From an uncultured Alphaproteobacteria bacterium (GTDB taxonomy: Bacteria > Pseudomonadota > Alphaproteobacteria > Puniceispirillales > Puniceispirillaceae): DNA of 64,000 nucleotides. This document shows positions 1-8,919 of this stretch, piece after piece (the stretch's first letter is position 1; every line of letters starts with the position of its first letter). The stretch is from contig CALKIF010000007.1 in NCBI GenBank assembly GCA_937988715.1, positions 2,042 through 66,041 of the forward strand. The letters run 5' to 3'. The notes beneath the pieces are model-generated. The model searched no databases, was not told where the DNA came from, and was given only the letters and a program-made list of their open reading frames with translations. The translations under genes and the position numbers were made by a program.

Positions 1-905
1 CTGTCTTGGTCTGGCCAGTCGATAAATGCTGTCCTGTCATGAAGCATGGTATGATTATACACAAACTGCATATCACCAGGTTTTAGTCTCATACGAAGGT
101 TGACCTCTGGTTCATTGACAATTGTATCTAATAGATCCAGCGCTTCAATCTGCTCATCAGAAAGTTTTGGCGCGTCTTCAAACCGTTTCGCAGAATCAAT
201 ATAATTTCTTTGGTAAATACAGGTCAGAAACCCTTCAAACCTGTTATAGACAGGAATGGTGAAATAGGGCTTTTCGCCTTCCGGGACTTCTCCTCGTCTG
301 TCCGTCGCTATCGGGTCAAACAGAACCGCCAGCAGGTCAGGCCGTCTGTCTAACAGCTCATTATAGGCTGTCATGCTGGAGGCAAGCATCGAGTCGCCCC
401 CTTCCTTTGCCTCATTGATACATAACAAGCCAACCACATCACTTGAATCTGTGTGAAAGGTTTGTCTCTCTGTTGTCTGATAAATTCTTACCTTTGGGTC
501 TTTGATGTCAGCACCTGTGTCCCGCACATGCCCCAGCAAATGCCCCGCAGCGTTCTGAGACCTCGCTTTGCCTATATAACTTCCAATTCCGCAGAAGATT
601 TGTGCTCTGTCAAGCGGCGTACAGTCGTCAATTGGCAGGCCTGATATCAATTGGAAACCCATACCATGCTTCAGGGTATCTGCAAGTGCATCCAAAAATG
701 GACTTAATTTAGAAAGCCTGAAACTCTCTGGTGATATTTTGCCTATAGGTATGCCGCTGTCTTTAAATTTTCGGCTGGCATCGAATAATTCACCGATTTC
801 CGCGTCATTTAAAACATAGGTCCAGGTCTCTGGCTGTCTCTGCAGTTCTGCACCATACCAGGCAGCAGGCGTATTGACTTTTTCCAAACTTAATTGGGCA
901 TTCAT
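1..905 (-). CDS. TauD/TfdA-family Fe(II)/2-oxoglutarate-dependent dioxygenase, partial (C-terminus lies beyond window start)
   Basis: Not in the ORF track because there is no stop in the window. My minus-strand translation from ATG 905..903 reads MNAQLSLEKVNTPAAWYGAELQRQPETWTYVLNDAEIGELFDASRKF... It has the HxD iron motif FHTDSSD and the distal NHTMLHDR motif, as in TauD/TfdA enzymes. It begins 11 nt after the tctA stop, and AGGA overlaps that stop. Confidence 0.75.
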   Translation of the reverse strand, partial: MNAQLSLEKVNTPAAWYGAELQRQPETWTYVLNDAEIGELFDASRKFKDSGIPIGKISPESFRLSKLSPFLDALADTLKHGMGFQLISGLPIDDCTPLDRAQIFCGIGSYIGKARSQNAAGHLLGHVRDTGADIKDPKVRIYQTTERQTFHTDSSDVVGLLCINEAKEGGDSMLASSMTAYNELLDRRPDLLAVLFDPIATDRRGEVPEGEKPYFTIPVYNRFEGFLTCIYQRNYIDSAKRFEDAPKLSDEQIEALDLLDTIVNEPEVNLRMRLKPGDMQFVYNHTMLHDRTAFIDWPDQD

Positions 906-916
906 ACTTTGATTTC

Positions 917-2389
917 CTAATTGCTGAATGTGATGCCCCTGCGGACAATAATGAAAACGGCCAGTGCGGTAAGGGCCCAAAACAACCAACAAATCGGGCT
1001 GGAGAAAAACACCATCAAATCCCCTCTGGACAGAAGAAGTGACTGACGGAAGTTATCCTCAAGAAGAGGGCCTAAAATAAACGCAATCAAAAAGGGGGCT
1101 GCCGGAATTTTCAGTTTCAGCATGAGGAACCCAACAAGCCCCATCAAGAACATCACCCCAACATCGAATATATTGTTGTTCACCGCGTAGGAGCCAAAAA
1201 CACATAAGACAAGCACGATCGGGAAAAGTACCCGGTGAGGAATGTCAGCAATTTTGCTGATAATCCGGATAGAGGCTTTGCCAATCAGAAACAGAAAAAT
1301 TGAGCTCAGCATAATGCCGATAAACAAAGCATAAATGAGAGATAGATTATCTTGAAACAACAGAGGACCAGGGCGAAGGCCATGGATCATAAAGGCCCCC
1401 AGAATGATTGCTGTGATGATGTCGCCGGGTATGCCTAGGGCAAGGAGTGGAATTAGCGTCGCACCAGCAACACCGTTATTTCCGCTTTCTGCAGCCGCTA
1501 CGCCTTCCAATGAACCTTTGCCAAATTCATCCGGATTTTTTGCATTTCTCTTTGCTTCAGAATAGCTTAAGAACGCTGAAGGCGCGCCGCCAATTCCCGG
1601 AATGGCACCTAAAATAACACCTATAAAACTTCCGCGAATGATGGATTTCAGACATTTCTTAAGATCTTCAAAGGTGGCCCCTGTTCCGGCCAAGGGGTTA
1701 TGCTCACGCTTTGGCTCCAATCGGCCGAAATAGGCTATGATTTCGGGAAGGGCAAACAGACCAATAAGAACAGGTATAAAATTCAACCCGCTCATCAATT
1801 GCACCTCGCCAAACACAAATCTGTTTGTGCCATAGATTAAATCCAAGCCAATGGTGGCGAGGATCAGGCCAAACATAGCCGAGCCCAGCCCTTTCAGAAG
1901 TTGATCCCCAGACACGCCGGCTATAATGGTCAGAGAGAACAAAATAAGCGTGAACACTTCTGGAGAGCCAAAGGCCAGAGCCAGGCTTGCTAATATTCCT
2001 GCAAATAAGATGAGGGAGATATTCGAGAAGAAGTCAGCAATACAAGAGGAATATAAAGCGATGTCTAATGCTCTTCTGGCTTCTCCTCTCTTGGCCAGAG
2101 GGTAGCCGTCAAGAACCGTGCAAGAGGCGGCCGGGGTTCCTGGTGCATTGATGAGAATTGCGGTTATTGAGCCGCCATAGATGCCCCCTTTGTAAACGCC
2201 TAATAAGAGTAAAATTCCACTTACGGGAGGCAGCGTAAATGTGAACGGCAGTGTGAGAGCGACGGCCATAGGTGTCGTCATGCCGGGAACGGCCCCCACA
2301 AAAGTGCCGATCAGAACACCAAAACCCAGAAGAAGAACATTTTGCCAAGTCGCAAAAATCAAAAATGCTTGCTGTAATACATCTAACAT
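917..2389 (-). CDS. tctA: Tripartite tricarboxylate transporter (TTT) large permease TctA
   Basis: 490-aa polytopic Gly/Ala-rich membrane ORF (MLDVLQQAF...GAVPGMTTPMAVAL) typical of TctA. It starts 3 nt after the tctB stop. Confidence 0.9.
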   Translation of the reverse strand: MLDVLQQAFLIFATWQNVLLLGFGVLIGTFVGAVPGMTTPMAVALTLPFTFTLPPVSGILLLLGVYKGGIYGGSITAILINAPGTPAASCTVLDGYPLAKRGEARRALDIALYSSCIADFFSNISLILFAGILASLALAFGSPEVFTLILFSLTIIAGVSGDQLLKGLGSAMFGLILATIGLDLIYGTNRFVFGEVQLMSGLNFIPVLIGLFALPEIIAYFGRLEPKREHNPLAGTGATFEDLKKCLKSIIRGSFIGVILGAIPGIGGAPSAFLSYSEAKRNAKNPDEFGKGSLEGVAAAESGNNGVAGATLIPLLALGIPGDIITAIILGAFMIHGLRPGPLLFQDNLSLIYALFIGIMLSSIFLFLIGKASIRIISKIADIPHRVLFPIVLVLCVFGSYAVNNNIFDVGVMFLMGLVGFLMLKLKIPAAPFLIAFILGPLLEDNFRQSLLLSRGDLMVFFSSPICWLFWALTALAVFIIVRRGITFSN

Positions 2390-2392
2390 GGC

Positions 2393-2872
2393 TCAGAGCC
2401 CCTGGAATAGAAACGCCGTGATACCCAGAGGAATAGGTATGCCTGCAATTTTATAGAAGAAAAGATAGAGAATGATCGGGATAATCAGGGCATTGGCAAT
2501 AATGATGAGAGGTCTTCTTTCTCCAGCAAGGGTTAACGCAACCATCAAAGCTACGCTGCTGCTGAGAATAAAGCCTGCCCATTCAAGTGAAGCCGCGAAA
2601 ACCGCCAATAGGAAAATGAATTTCGAAAGTCGTTTAAACGCCTGAGGATGGATATTCGGCTCTGGTTGTGCGGCCGTCTCCCGCCTTGAGCGAATGACGA
2701 TGACAGAACCTAAAAGAAGTAAGATTGTTGAGACGATGTAGGGGTAATAGCTGGGGGCTAAAGCGGCGAACCTTACTTTCTTGGGGGCATCTATGCCTAT
2801 CGGGATTAATACAGTTATTAGTGTTAACGACACTAACACCATCAAAATGCCTGACCAGAAATTTATCCTCAT
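2393..2872 (-). CDS. tctB: TTT small membrane subunit TctB
   Basis: Small 4-TM protein immediately upstream of tctA. I trimmed the ORF-track start (2914) to ATG 2872, which is preceded by GGAGGGG. Confidence 0.7.
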   Translation of the reverse strand: MRINFWSGILMVLVSLTLITVLIPIGIDAPKKVRFAALAPSYYPYIVSTILLLLGSVIVIRSRRETAAQPEPNIHPQAFKRLSKFIFLLAVFAASLEWAGFILSSSVALMVALTLAGERRPLIIIANALIIPIILYLFFYKIAGIPIPLGITAFLFQGL

Positions 2873-2953
2873 GCTTCCCCTCCTAACCAAACCTTGCAAG
2901 GACCTCATTGTCATGTCAATCTCTAAGCAAAGGTCGCAGGTCTACAAAAAAAC

Positions 2954-2980
2954 GACAAAAACAGGACAAAAGACCGACAA
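2954..2980. promoter_or_regulatory. Three GACAA direct repeats phased 11 bp apart in the tctB/tctC divergent region
   Basis: GACAA starts at 2954, 2965 and 2976 (cGACAAAAAcagGACAAAAgaccGACAAc). The site is 82-108 bp upstream of the tctB start and 15-41 bp upstream of the tctC start. Confidence 0.35.
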
Positions 2981-2994
2981 CTGAGGAGGAACTT

Positions 2995-3978
2995 ATGAAA
3001 AAGATGTTAAATTACCTGGTTGCATCAATTGCTGGCTTATCAGCATTTTTGCTTCCTAACCTTGCCTTGGCTGAGTATCCAGACAGGCCGATTACGATTG
3101 TTGTTCCCTATGGTCCGGGCGGCGCAGCTGACCTGTCAGCACGATTGATCGCTGGTTCTGCGCCTGCATATTTGGGCCAGCCTGTTCTTGCCGTGAACAA
3201 AACCGGGGCCGCAGGTGTGGTCGGATCAAACTTTGTGGTAAACGCCCCAGCAGATGGATATACGCTTCTGTCTGCCCGCGTGGGAAGCCAGATGGGCGTA
3301 CCAGCTATGAATAAGACCATTCCCTACAACTGGGACGATTTTACCATGCTTGGATTGATCGAAAGAAACCCATTCGTTCTGGTTGTAAGCCCGGCAAGTG
3401 GAATAAAGTCATTCGCTGACTTTGAGAAAAAAATCAAAGCAGGGGAAGAAATGTCCTACAGCACAGCAGGTGTCGGAACGCTGTTGCATACTGGCGTGGC
3501 GGTGATGGCAAATGCTATGGGTGCTGATTTTGATAAGCTTATCCACGTGCCCTATAAAGGCGGGGGGAAGGCTCGTGCGGCTGTTGTTGCTGGCCAGGTT
3601 GATTTTTCTTTCCAGAACCTCTCAGCAGCAGCAGGGGCGATTGAAGCAGGCCAGCTTATCGCGCTCGTTGTCAGCACGCCAGACAGACAAAAGATTATCG
3701 CTGATGTGCCAACCGCAGCTGAGGTCGGCCACCCCAGCATTGAAATGGTGATCGGTTGGTCTGCGATCTATGGCCCTCCAGGACTGCCTGATGATGTGGT
3801 AGCGAAGTGGGTTGATACGCTTGAGAAATTGAAAAAAGACCGTGGCTGGAACAAGATGACCAAAAGCTTAGGTAATATTGTTGATATCCGGTCTCCGGCA
3901 GATACGCGCTCATATGTAGAGGCGCAGTACAATGCCTATGATGAAGCCTTGATGAAGTTAGGCATGCGGATTGAATAA
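2995..3978 (+). CDS. tctC: TTT periplasmic substrate-binding protein (TctC/Bug family)
   Basis: Signal peptide MKKMLNYLVASIAGLSAFLLPNLALA is followed by YPDRPITIVVPYGPGGAADLSARL, the Bug/TctC signature. Start trimmed from 2908 to ATG 2995 behind GAGGAGG. Confidence 0.85.
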   Translation: MKKMLNYLVASIAGLSAFLLPNLALAEYPDRPITIVVPYGPGGAADLSARLIAGSAPAYLGQPVLAVNKTGAAGVVGSNFVVNAPADGYTLLSARVGSQMGVPAMNKTIPYNWDDFTMLGLIERNPFVLVVSPASGIKSFADFEKKIKAGEEMSYSTAGVGTLLHTGVAVMANAMGADFDKLIHVPYKGGGKARAAVVAGQVDFSFQNLSAAAGAIEAGQLIALVVSTPDRQKIIADVPTAAEVGHPSIEMVIGWSAIYGPPGLPDDVVAKWVDTLEKLKKDRGWNKMTKSLGNIVDIRSPADTRSYVEAQYNAYDEALMKLGMRIE

Positions 3979-3984
3979 ATCACT

Positions 3985-4020
3985 TTGGAGACGGTGTTCA
4001 GCCGTCTCCAACTTATTTCA
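3985..4020 (+). terminator. Putative rho-independent terminator after tctC
   Basis: Perfect 10-bp stem TTGGAGACGG (3985-3994) / CCGTCTCCAA (4002-4011) with a 7-nt loop, followed by a moderately T-rich tail cttatttcattt. Confidence 0.5.
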
Positions 4021-4072
4021 TTTAACGATCTGAAACCAAAGCGCAAACCCCCAAAAAAGTGAAACACTCACC

Positions 4073-5599
4073 ATGAAGCCAAATTTTTTGATCATCATGG
4101 CTGACCAGCTGGCCGCCCCAGCCTTGTCAATCTATGGCGATAAAATCGTCAAGGCACCCAATATAGATACCCTCGCTGCCAACGGCGTGGTCTTCGAAAA
4201 TGCTTATTGCAATCTGCCTATGTGTGGCCCTTCACGGGCCTCTATGCATGCGGGCAAGTTACCTTTCTCTATCGGCATGTATGACAATGCGTCTGAGTTT
4301 AAGGCCTCTATTCCTACCTTTGCCCATTATTTGAGGGATTTAGGCTACCAGGTTGAATTATCAGGTAAAATGCATTTTGTTGGCCCAGACCAAATGCATG
4401 GTTATCACAAGCGGCACACAACTGAAATTTATCCGGCTAATTTTGCCTGGACGGTTGATTGGTCGAAGGGACGAGAGTTCAGGCCAACAAATTTAACCAT
4501 GGCGCCTGTCATTGAGAGCGGATCATGCATCAGAACACTTCAGATGGATTATGATGACGAGGTTGCGTATCACGGTGTTCAGGCGATTTATGATTTAGCG
4601 CGTCATCATAAAGAAGACCCTTGGTGTCTGACAGTTTCATTTACTCATCCTCACTCTCCGTTCGTGATAGCCGAAGAGTATTGGGATCTTTATGACCATA
4701 GTGAAATTCCCTTGCCCACTACGCCGCCAATGTCGCTTGAGGATATGGATCATCTCAGCCGAAATTTGCATTTTTGCCAGGCCCGGCATGAATTTACGGT
4801 GACTGACGAGCACCGCTTGAATGCGAAACATGCCTATTATGGGATGATTTCTTACATTGACGAGAAAATCGGGAATTTAGTCACAGCCCTTGAGCGCGCA
4901 AACCTAAGTGAAAATACGATTATTATTTTTACCGCTGACCATGGCGAGATGATGGGTGAGCGGGGTATGTGGTATAAGCAGCATTTCTTTGAATGGGCGT
5001 CTCGTATACCGCTGATCATTCATGCCCCTGATAAGTTTAAAGCCGGCAGAATTCCACAGAACTGCTCATTGGTAGATATCATGCCGACTCTTCTTGAGCT
5101 GGCAAATGAAGCACCGTTTGATGAGCTGGTGGACACGTCCGATGGTCAATCTTTAGTTCCGGCATTATTCGGCAAACCAGAAGAGTTGAGCGATATCGCC
5201 TATTCTGAATTTGCAGCAGATGGCTCAACCGGCCCGTCCAGAATGGTAAAGCACAAAAACTATAAATATATGGATTTAGAAGGTGTGGATGAATTACTGT
5301 TTGATGTGGTCAAAGATCCAGATGAGCAGGACAATCTGATAGGCAACCCTTTGTTCTCTGATTTGGCGGATCAGATGCGAAAGCTCTGTAAATCGAATTG
5401 GGATATGGAGGATATGCGCGGCAAAATCGCGAATGATCAGAAAAGACGATTGAAAGTGCATCACTCAACAAAAGGGGATCCAACCTATGTCAATATTGTC
5501 AGATCGGATGATGCTGAGCGATATATAAGAAATGCCGGGGCCGCAGACACGAAAGCAAAAGCAAGATTACCTTATGTTGCTCCGGCAAGACCAAAATAA
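4073..5599 (+). CDS. betC: Choline-sulfatase-like type I sulfatase
   Basis: N-terminal IIMADQL and the formylglycine motif C-G-P-S-R (YCNLPMCGPSRASM). Blocks SGKMHFVGPDQMHGY, WCLTVSFTHPHSPFV, DHGEMMGERGMWYK and the C-terminal NWDMEDMR...ERYIRN match my recollection of Sinorhizobium BetC. Confidence 0.8.
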   Translation: MKPNFLIIMADQLAAPALSIYGDKIVKAPNIDTLAANGVVFENAYCNLPMCGPSRASMHAGKLPFSIGMYDNASEFKASIPTFAHYLRDLGYQVELSGKMHFVGPDQMHGYHKRHTTEIYPANFAWTVDWSKGREFRPTNLTMAPVIESGSCIRTLQMDYDDEVAYHGVQAIYDLARHHKEDPWCLTVSFTHPHSPFVIAEEYWDLYDHSEIPLPTTPPMSLEDMDHLSRNLHFCQARHEFTVTDEHRLNAKHAYYGMISYIDEKIGNLVTALERANLSENTIIIFTADHGEMMGERGMWYKQHFFEWASRIPLIIHAPDKFKAGRIPQNCSLVDIMPTLLELANEAPFDELVDTSDGQSLVPALFGKPEELSDIAYSEFAADGSTGPSRMVKHKNYKYMDLEGVDELLFDVVKDPDEQDNLIGNPLFSDLADQMRKLCKSNWDMEDMRGKIANDQKRRLKVHHSTKGDPTYVNIVRSDDAERYIRNAGAADTKAKARLPYVAPARPK

Positions 5600-5755
5600 T
5601 AACGCAAATGCGCTCAAAGGCCCTTCAGCAACGCACCAGGACAAAACCACAGAGCAGGCTAGGTTGATGCGGGCTGTCGTCAGGCCTGTTTCTGTGCGGT
5701 TAATTTTGATATAGTCCAGGCAACAAACTTCACCCCAAAGCCGTTCAGGACCTCT

Positions 5756-6463
5756 ATGGATACGCCACAGCTGAACCAAACTGCCTTTCGTTCGATTGAT
5801 CATGCCCAACTGAGCAATGATGAGACGTCACCGCTGAAGATTGCGCTTCTGTATGGCTCATTGCGTGACCGGTCCTATAGCCGGCTTTTGGTTGAAGAAG
5901 CGGCCCGTATATTGGAAGGTTTCGGAGCTGAATGCCGGATTTTCAACCCGTCAGGCCTGCCTCTGCCTGATGACGGCGTGGATGCAAGCCATCCGAAAGT
6001 GGCTGAATTGAGAGAGTTGATCAGCTGGTCAGAAGGCATGGTGTGGTGTTCACCAGAACGGCATGGTTCAATGACAGGGATTATGAAGGCGCAGATTGAC
6101 TGGATTCCGCTTTCCCTTGGGGCAGTCAGGCCAACACAAGGCAAAACCCTTGCGGTGATGCAGGTTTCCGGTGGTTCGCAGAGTTTCAACACAGTGAATC
6201 AATTACGGGTGCTGGGGCGCTGGATGCGCTGTCTGACCATTCCAAACCAGTCCTCAGTTCCCAAAGCGTTTCAGCAATTTGATGATGACGGGCGTATGCT
6301 GCCCTCATCTTTTTATAACCGTGTGGTTGATGTGATGGAAGAATTGGCCAAATTCACCTATCTCACAAGGGGGCGGCTGGCCTATCTTGTGGACAGATAT
6401 AGCGAGCGGGCAGAGACAGCAGAACAGCAAAGCACACGTGTCCGCAGCACGTCATCAGATTAA
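5756..6463 (+). CDS. arsH: ArsH-type NADPH-dependent FMN reductase
   Basis: [64 protein letters not shown] and [17 protein letters not shown] are the conserved ArsH blocks. Confidence 0.85.
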   Translation: MDTPQLNQTAFRSIDHAQLSNDETSPLKIALLYGSLRDRSYSRLLVEEAARILEGFGAECRIFNPSGLPLPDDGVDASHPKVAELRELISWSEGMVWCSPERHGSMTGIMKAQIDWIPLSLGAVRPTQGKTLAVMQVSGGSQSFNTVNQLRVLGRWMRCLTIPNQSSVPKAFQQFDDDGRMLPSSFYNRVVDVMEELAKFTYLTRGRLAYLVDRYSERAETAEQQSTRVRSTSSD

Positions 6464-6501
6464 TCAGAAAATGGGCGTTTACAGATGCAAAGGGCAAAGC
6501 C

Positions 6502-6678
6502 ATGAACTGGAATAAGCTTGGCACCAATCTTGTCGCAGCACTATTTCCGGCAGCAGGGCTATATTTCTGTTGGTGGCTGTTAGGCGAAACAGGAGAGATT
6601 GTTGCTGGCCTTGTCTTTGTCATTCTCTGCGTGAATTATTTCTGGATCATGCGCAAACTAAAGCGGTCCGAGGACTAA
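6502..6678 (+). CDS. Hypothetical 58-aa two-TM membrane peptide
   Basis: Below the ORF-track size cut-off. My translation: MNWNKLGTNLVAALFPAAGLYFCWWLLGETGEIVAGLVFVILCVNYFWIMRKLKRSED. It has two hydrophobic helices and a basic tail, and only a weak SD. Confidence 0.3.
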   Translation: MNWNKLGTNLVAALFPAAGLYFCWWLLGETGEIVAGLVFVILCVNYFWIMRKLKRSED

Positions 6679-6833
6679 GTAACCCTTGTTATTTTTGTTC
6701 AGTTTTAGCGTGTGGAGCCGCATCTGGTGCTGCATGAAACGCATCGCGCTGTAAACATATAAACACTTTTTCTGCTGGCTTCTGCAGACTAGCCTTTCCC
6801 TCAATCAGGATTCTGAGATGTTGAAGGATAGTT

Positions 6834-7679
6834 GTGCAGACCGTATTTATTACTGATCTTGACGGAACGTTACTAGGGCATGAGGAGTTTGATATCATGC
6901 CCAGCAAGCCTGTATTGGACAAGCTGATTAGGGGCGGGATCGACATTATCCTGGCGTCAAGCAAAACAAAAGCTGAGATTGAGACTCTTTGTGATGATTT
7001 AGGGTATCAGCTGCCGTTTATTTATGAAAATGGGGCAGGTACCGCCCATTTTGACAAAATTCATAAGGCGGGGGCTGGCAGCCTGGTCAGGCCTGCTGAC
7101 AGGGGCATTCCTATCTCTGACATCCAGGCGAGGTGGTTACAGCTGATCCCTTCTGAGATGCGGCAATATTGCCGCTTTCTGGACGAGATGGACAGGGGCG
7201 CACAAAAAACCCTTCTAGGTTTGAGAGGGGCAGATCTGGATCGTGCCCTCAGGCGGTCATATTCTTGTCTGTTTGTGTTTACGGGCAGTCTGACTGACTT
7301 CACCGCGCTACAGGCTCAGGCAAAGCAGGCAGGGCTGTCTGTGCAGAGAGGAGGGCGGGTGTGCACCTTGTCCGGGCATCATAACAAGGCTGTCTATCTG
7401 CCTGAGATACGGTGTCTGACACAACAGGGTAAACAGCCATCTGTTCTGGTCGGCTTTGGGGACAGCGACAATGATAAAGAAATGCTGGACGCGGTTGATA
7501 TCGCTTGTGTCATTCCGCGACCAGACGGCTACACACTTTCTGTTCATAAAGCGCGCCACTCTACAATTATTGCGCCCTGCGTTGCGCCCTGGGGGTGGCA
7601 CGAGGCAGCGGTGAGCGCCTTATCCCTCATCTCAGAGCAAACACATTGCACAGAACATAAAGGAGCAAGTTATGGGTGA
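6834..7679 (+). CDS. HAD-IIB glucosyl/mannosyl-3-phosphoglycerate phosphatase family protein (YedP/MpgP/GpgP type)
   Basis: GTG start. FITDLDGTLL (nucleophile Asp), ILASSKTKAEI, IYENGAG and GDSDNDKEM match the MPGP subfamily pattern. The gene overlaps the downstream synthase by 8 nt. Confidence 0.75.
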   Translation: MQTVFITDLDGTLLGHEEFDIMPSKPVLDKLIRGGIDIILASSKTKAEIETLCDDLGYQLPFIYENGAGTAHFDKIHKAGAGSLVRPADRGIPISDIQARWLQLIPSEMRQYCRFLDEMDRGAQKTLLGLRGADLDRALRRSYSCLFVFTGSLTDFTALQAQAKQAGLSVQRGGRVCTLSGHHNKAVYLPEIRCLTQQGKQPSVLVGFGDSDNDKEMLDAVDIACVIPRPDGYTLSVHKARHSTIIAPCVAPWGWHEAAVSALSLISEQTHCTEHKGASYG

Positions 7680-8901
7680 TTTTTCTCAAAACGGCTTTGT
7701 AACCACCTTGCACAATTTTGGCACGAAATCGGTTGCGCAATTTGAAGCAGAGCTGAAAACCTTTTCTGGTTACCGGCCTATGGAGCTTATCCTGCCCAGC
7801 TTGTATTCAGAACTGGAAGGGCCTGCATTAAAACATATTGTCGAGCAGATCAGCCAGGTTGACTATATAGGCCATGTTGTGATCGGCCTTGATAAAGCTG
7901 ATAGAGGTCAGTTTGAACATGCCTCAGAATTTTTCAAAGGTTTGCATAAACCCTTCTCCCTGCTGTGGAATGACGGCCCGCGACTGCAGGCAATTCATCA
8001 GGAGTTAGCGGACAAACAACTTGCCCCGAAAGAGCCAGGTAAAGGCCGGAATGTCTGGTATTGTATTGGCCTTACGCACGCCAGGGGAAAGGCGGATGCT
8101 GTGGCCTTACATGATTGTGATATTACCACCTATGACAGATCACTTCTGGCCCGTCTGTTTTATCCGATCGCTAACCCCAATTTTCAGTTTGAATTTTGCA
8201 AAGGCTATTATGCCCGTGTTGCTGACGGCAGAATGAATGGCAGAGTGTCTCGTCTTCTTGTCACCCCTCTGCTTCTGGCGATGGAGAAGGTTCTTGGCCC
8301 CAGTGATTATCTGAATTTCATGAAAAGCTTCAGATATCCGCTTGCCGGGGAATTTTCATTCCGCAGATCCCTTATTCCGGAATTGCGCATCCCGTCAGAT
8401 TGGGGCCTTGAGGTGGGTATTCTGTCTGAAATGCAGCGCAATCAGGCCAGCAACAGGATTTGCCAGGTTGATATTGCCGACACTTATGACCACAAGCATC
8501 AGAGCCTGTCTGTCGAGGACAGAAGCACAGGCCTGTCCAGAATGTCTGCTGATATAGCCAAGGTTTTGATCCGGAAACTGGCAACACAAGGTCAGTGTTT
8601 CGGTCCGGATAAAATCCGGACGATAAAAGCAACCTATTACAGGCTGGCCCTTGATATGGTGAGTTTCTATCAGGCTGATGCCGAGTTGAACGGGTTGTCA
8701 TACGACATGCATTCAGAAGAAAAAGCTGTTGAATTATTTGCAGAAAATATCATGCGGGCTGGGGAAGATTACAGCTATTCCCCTATGGAAACCCCGTTTA
8801 TTCCCTCATGGGCACGTGTTCTGTCGGCTGTCCCGGATATCGGTTACAGATTGGTCAAGGCTGTTGAGGCGGATAATCAGGAACTGCGCCAGGCTGCTTA
8901 G
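7672..8901 (+). CDS. Glucosyl- (or mannosyl-) 3-phosphoglycerate synthase-type retaining glycosyltransferase
   Basis: N-terminal DFSQNGFVTTLHNF, GKGRNVWYCIGL, ALHDCDITTYD (DxD-like) and NGRVSRLLVTPLL resemble GpgS/MpgS enzymes. The gene is coupled to an MPGP-family phosphatase, with AAGGAG at 7660-7665. Confidence 0.6.
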   Translation: MGDFSQNGFVTTLHNFGTKSVAQFEAELKTFSGYRPMELILPSLYSELEGPALKHIVEQISQVDYIGHVVIGLDKADRGQFEHASEFFKGLHKPFSLLWNDGPRLQAIHQELADKQLAPKEPGKGRNVWYCIGLTHARGKADAVALHDCDITTYDRSLLARLFYPIANPNFQFEFCKGYYARVADGRMNGRVSRLLVTPLLLAMEKVLGPSDYLNFMKSFRYPLAGEFSFRRSLIPELRIPSDWGLEVGILSEMQRNQASNRICQVDIADTYDHKHQSLSVEDRSTGLSRMSADIAKVLIRKLATQGQCFGPDKIRTIKATYYRLALDMVSFYQADAELNGLSYDMHSEEKAVELFAENIMRAGEDYSYSPMETPFIPSWARVLSAVPDIGYRLVKAVEADNQELRQAA

Positions 8902-8919
8902 CAGGAGGCCGCTGGTCTT

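Noticed and set aside
453-644. 63-aa plus-strand ORF at the window start.
   Set aside because: It is antisense to the well-supported TauD-family reading frame, and its translation is Cys-rich and non-protein-like.
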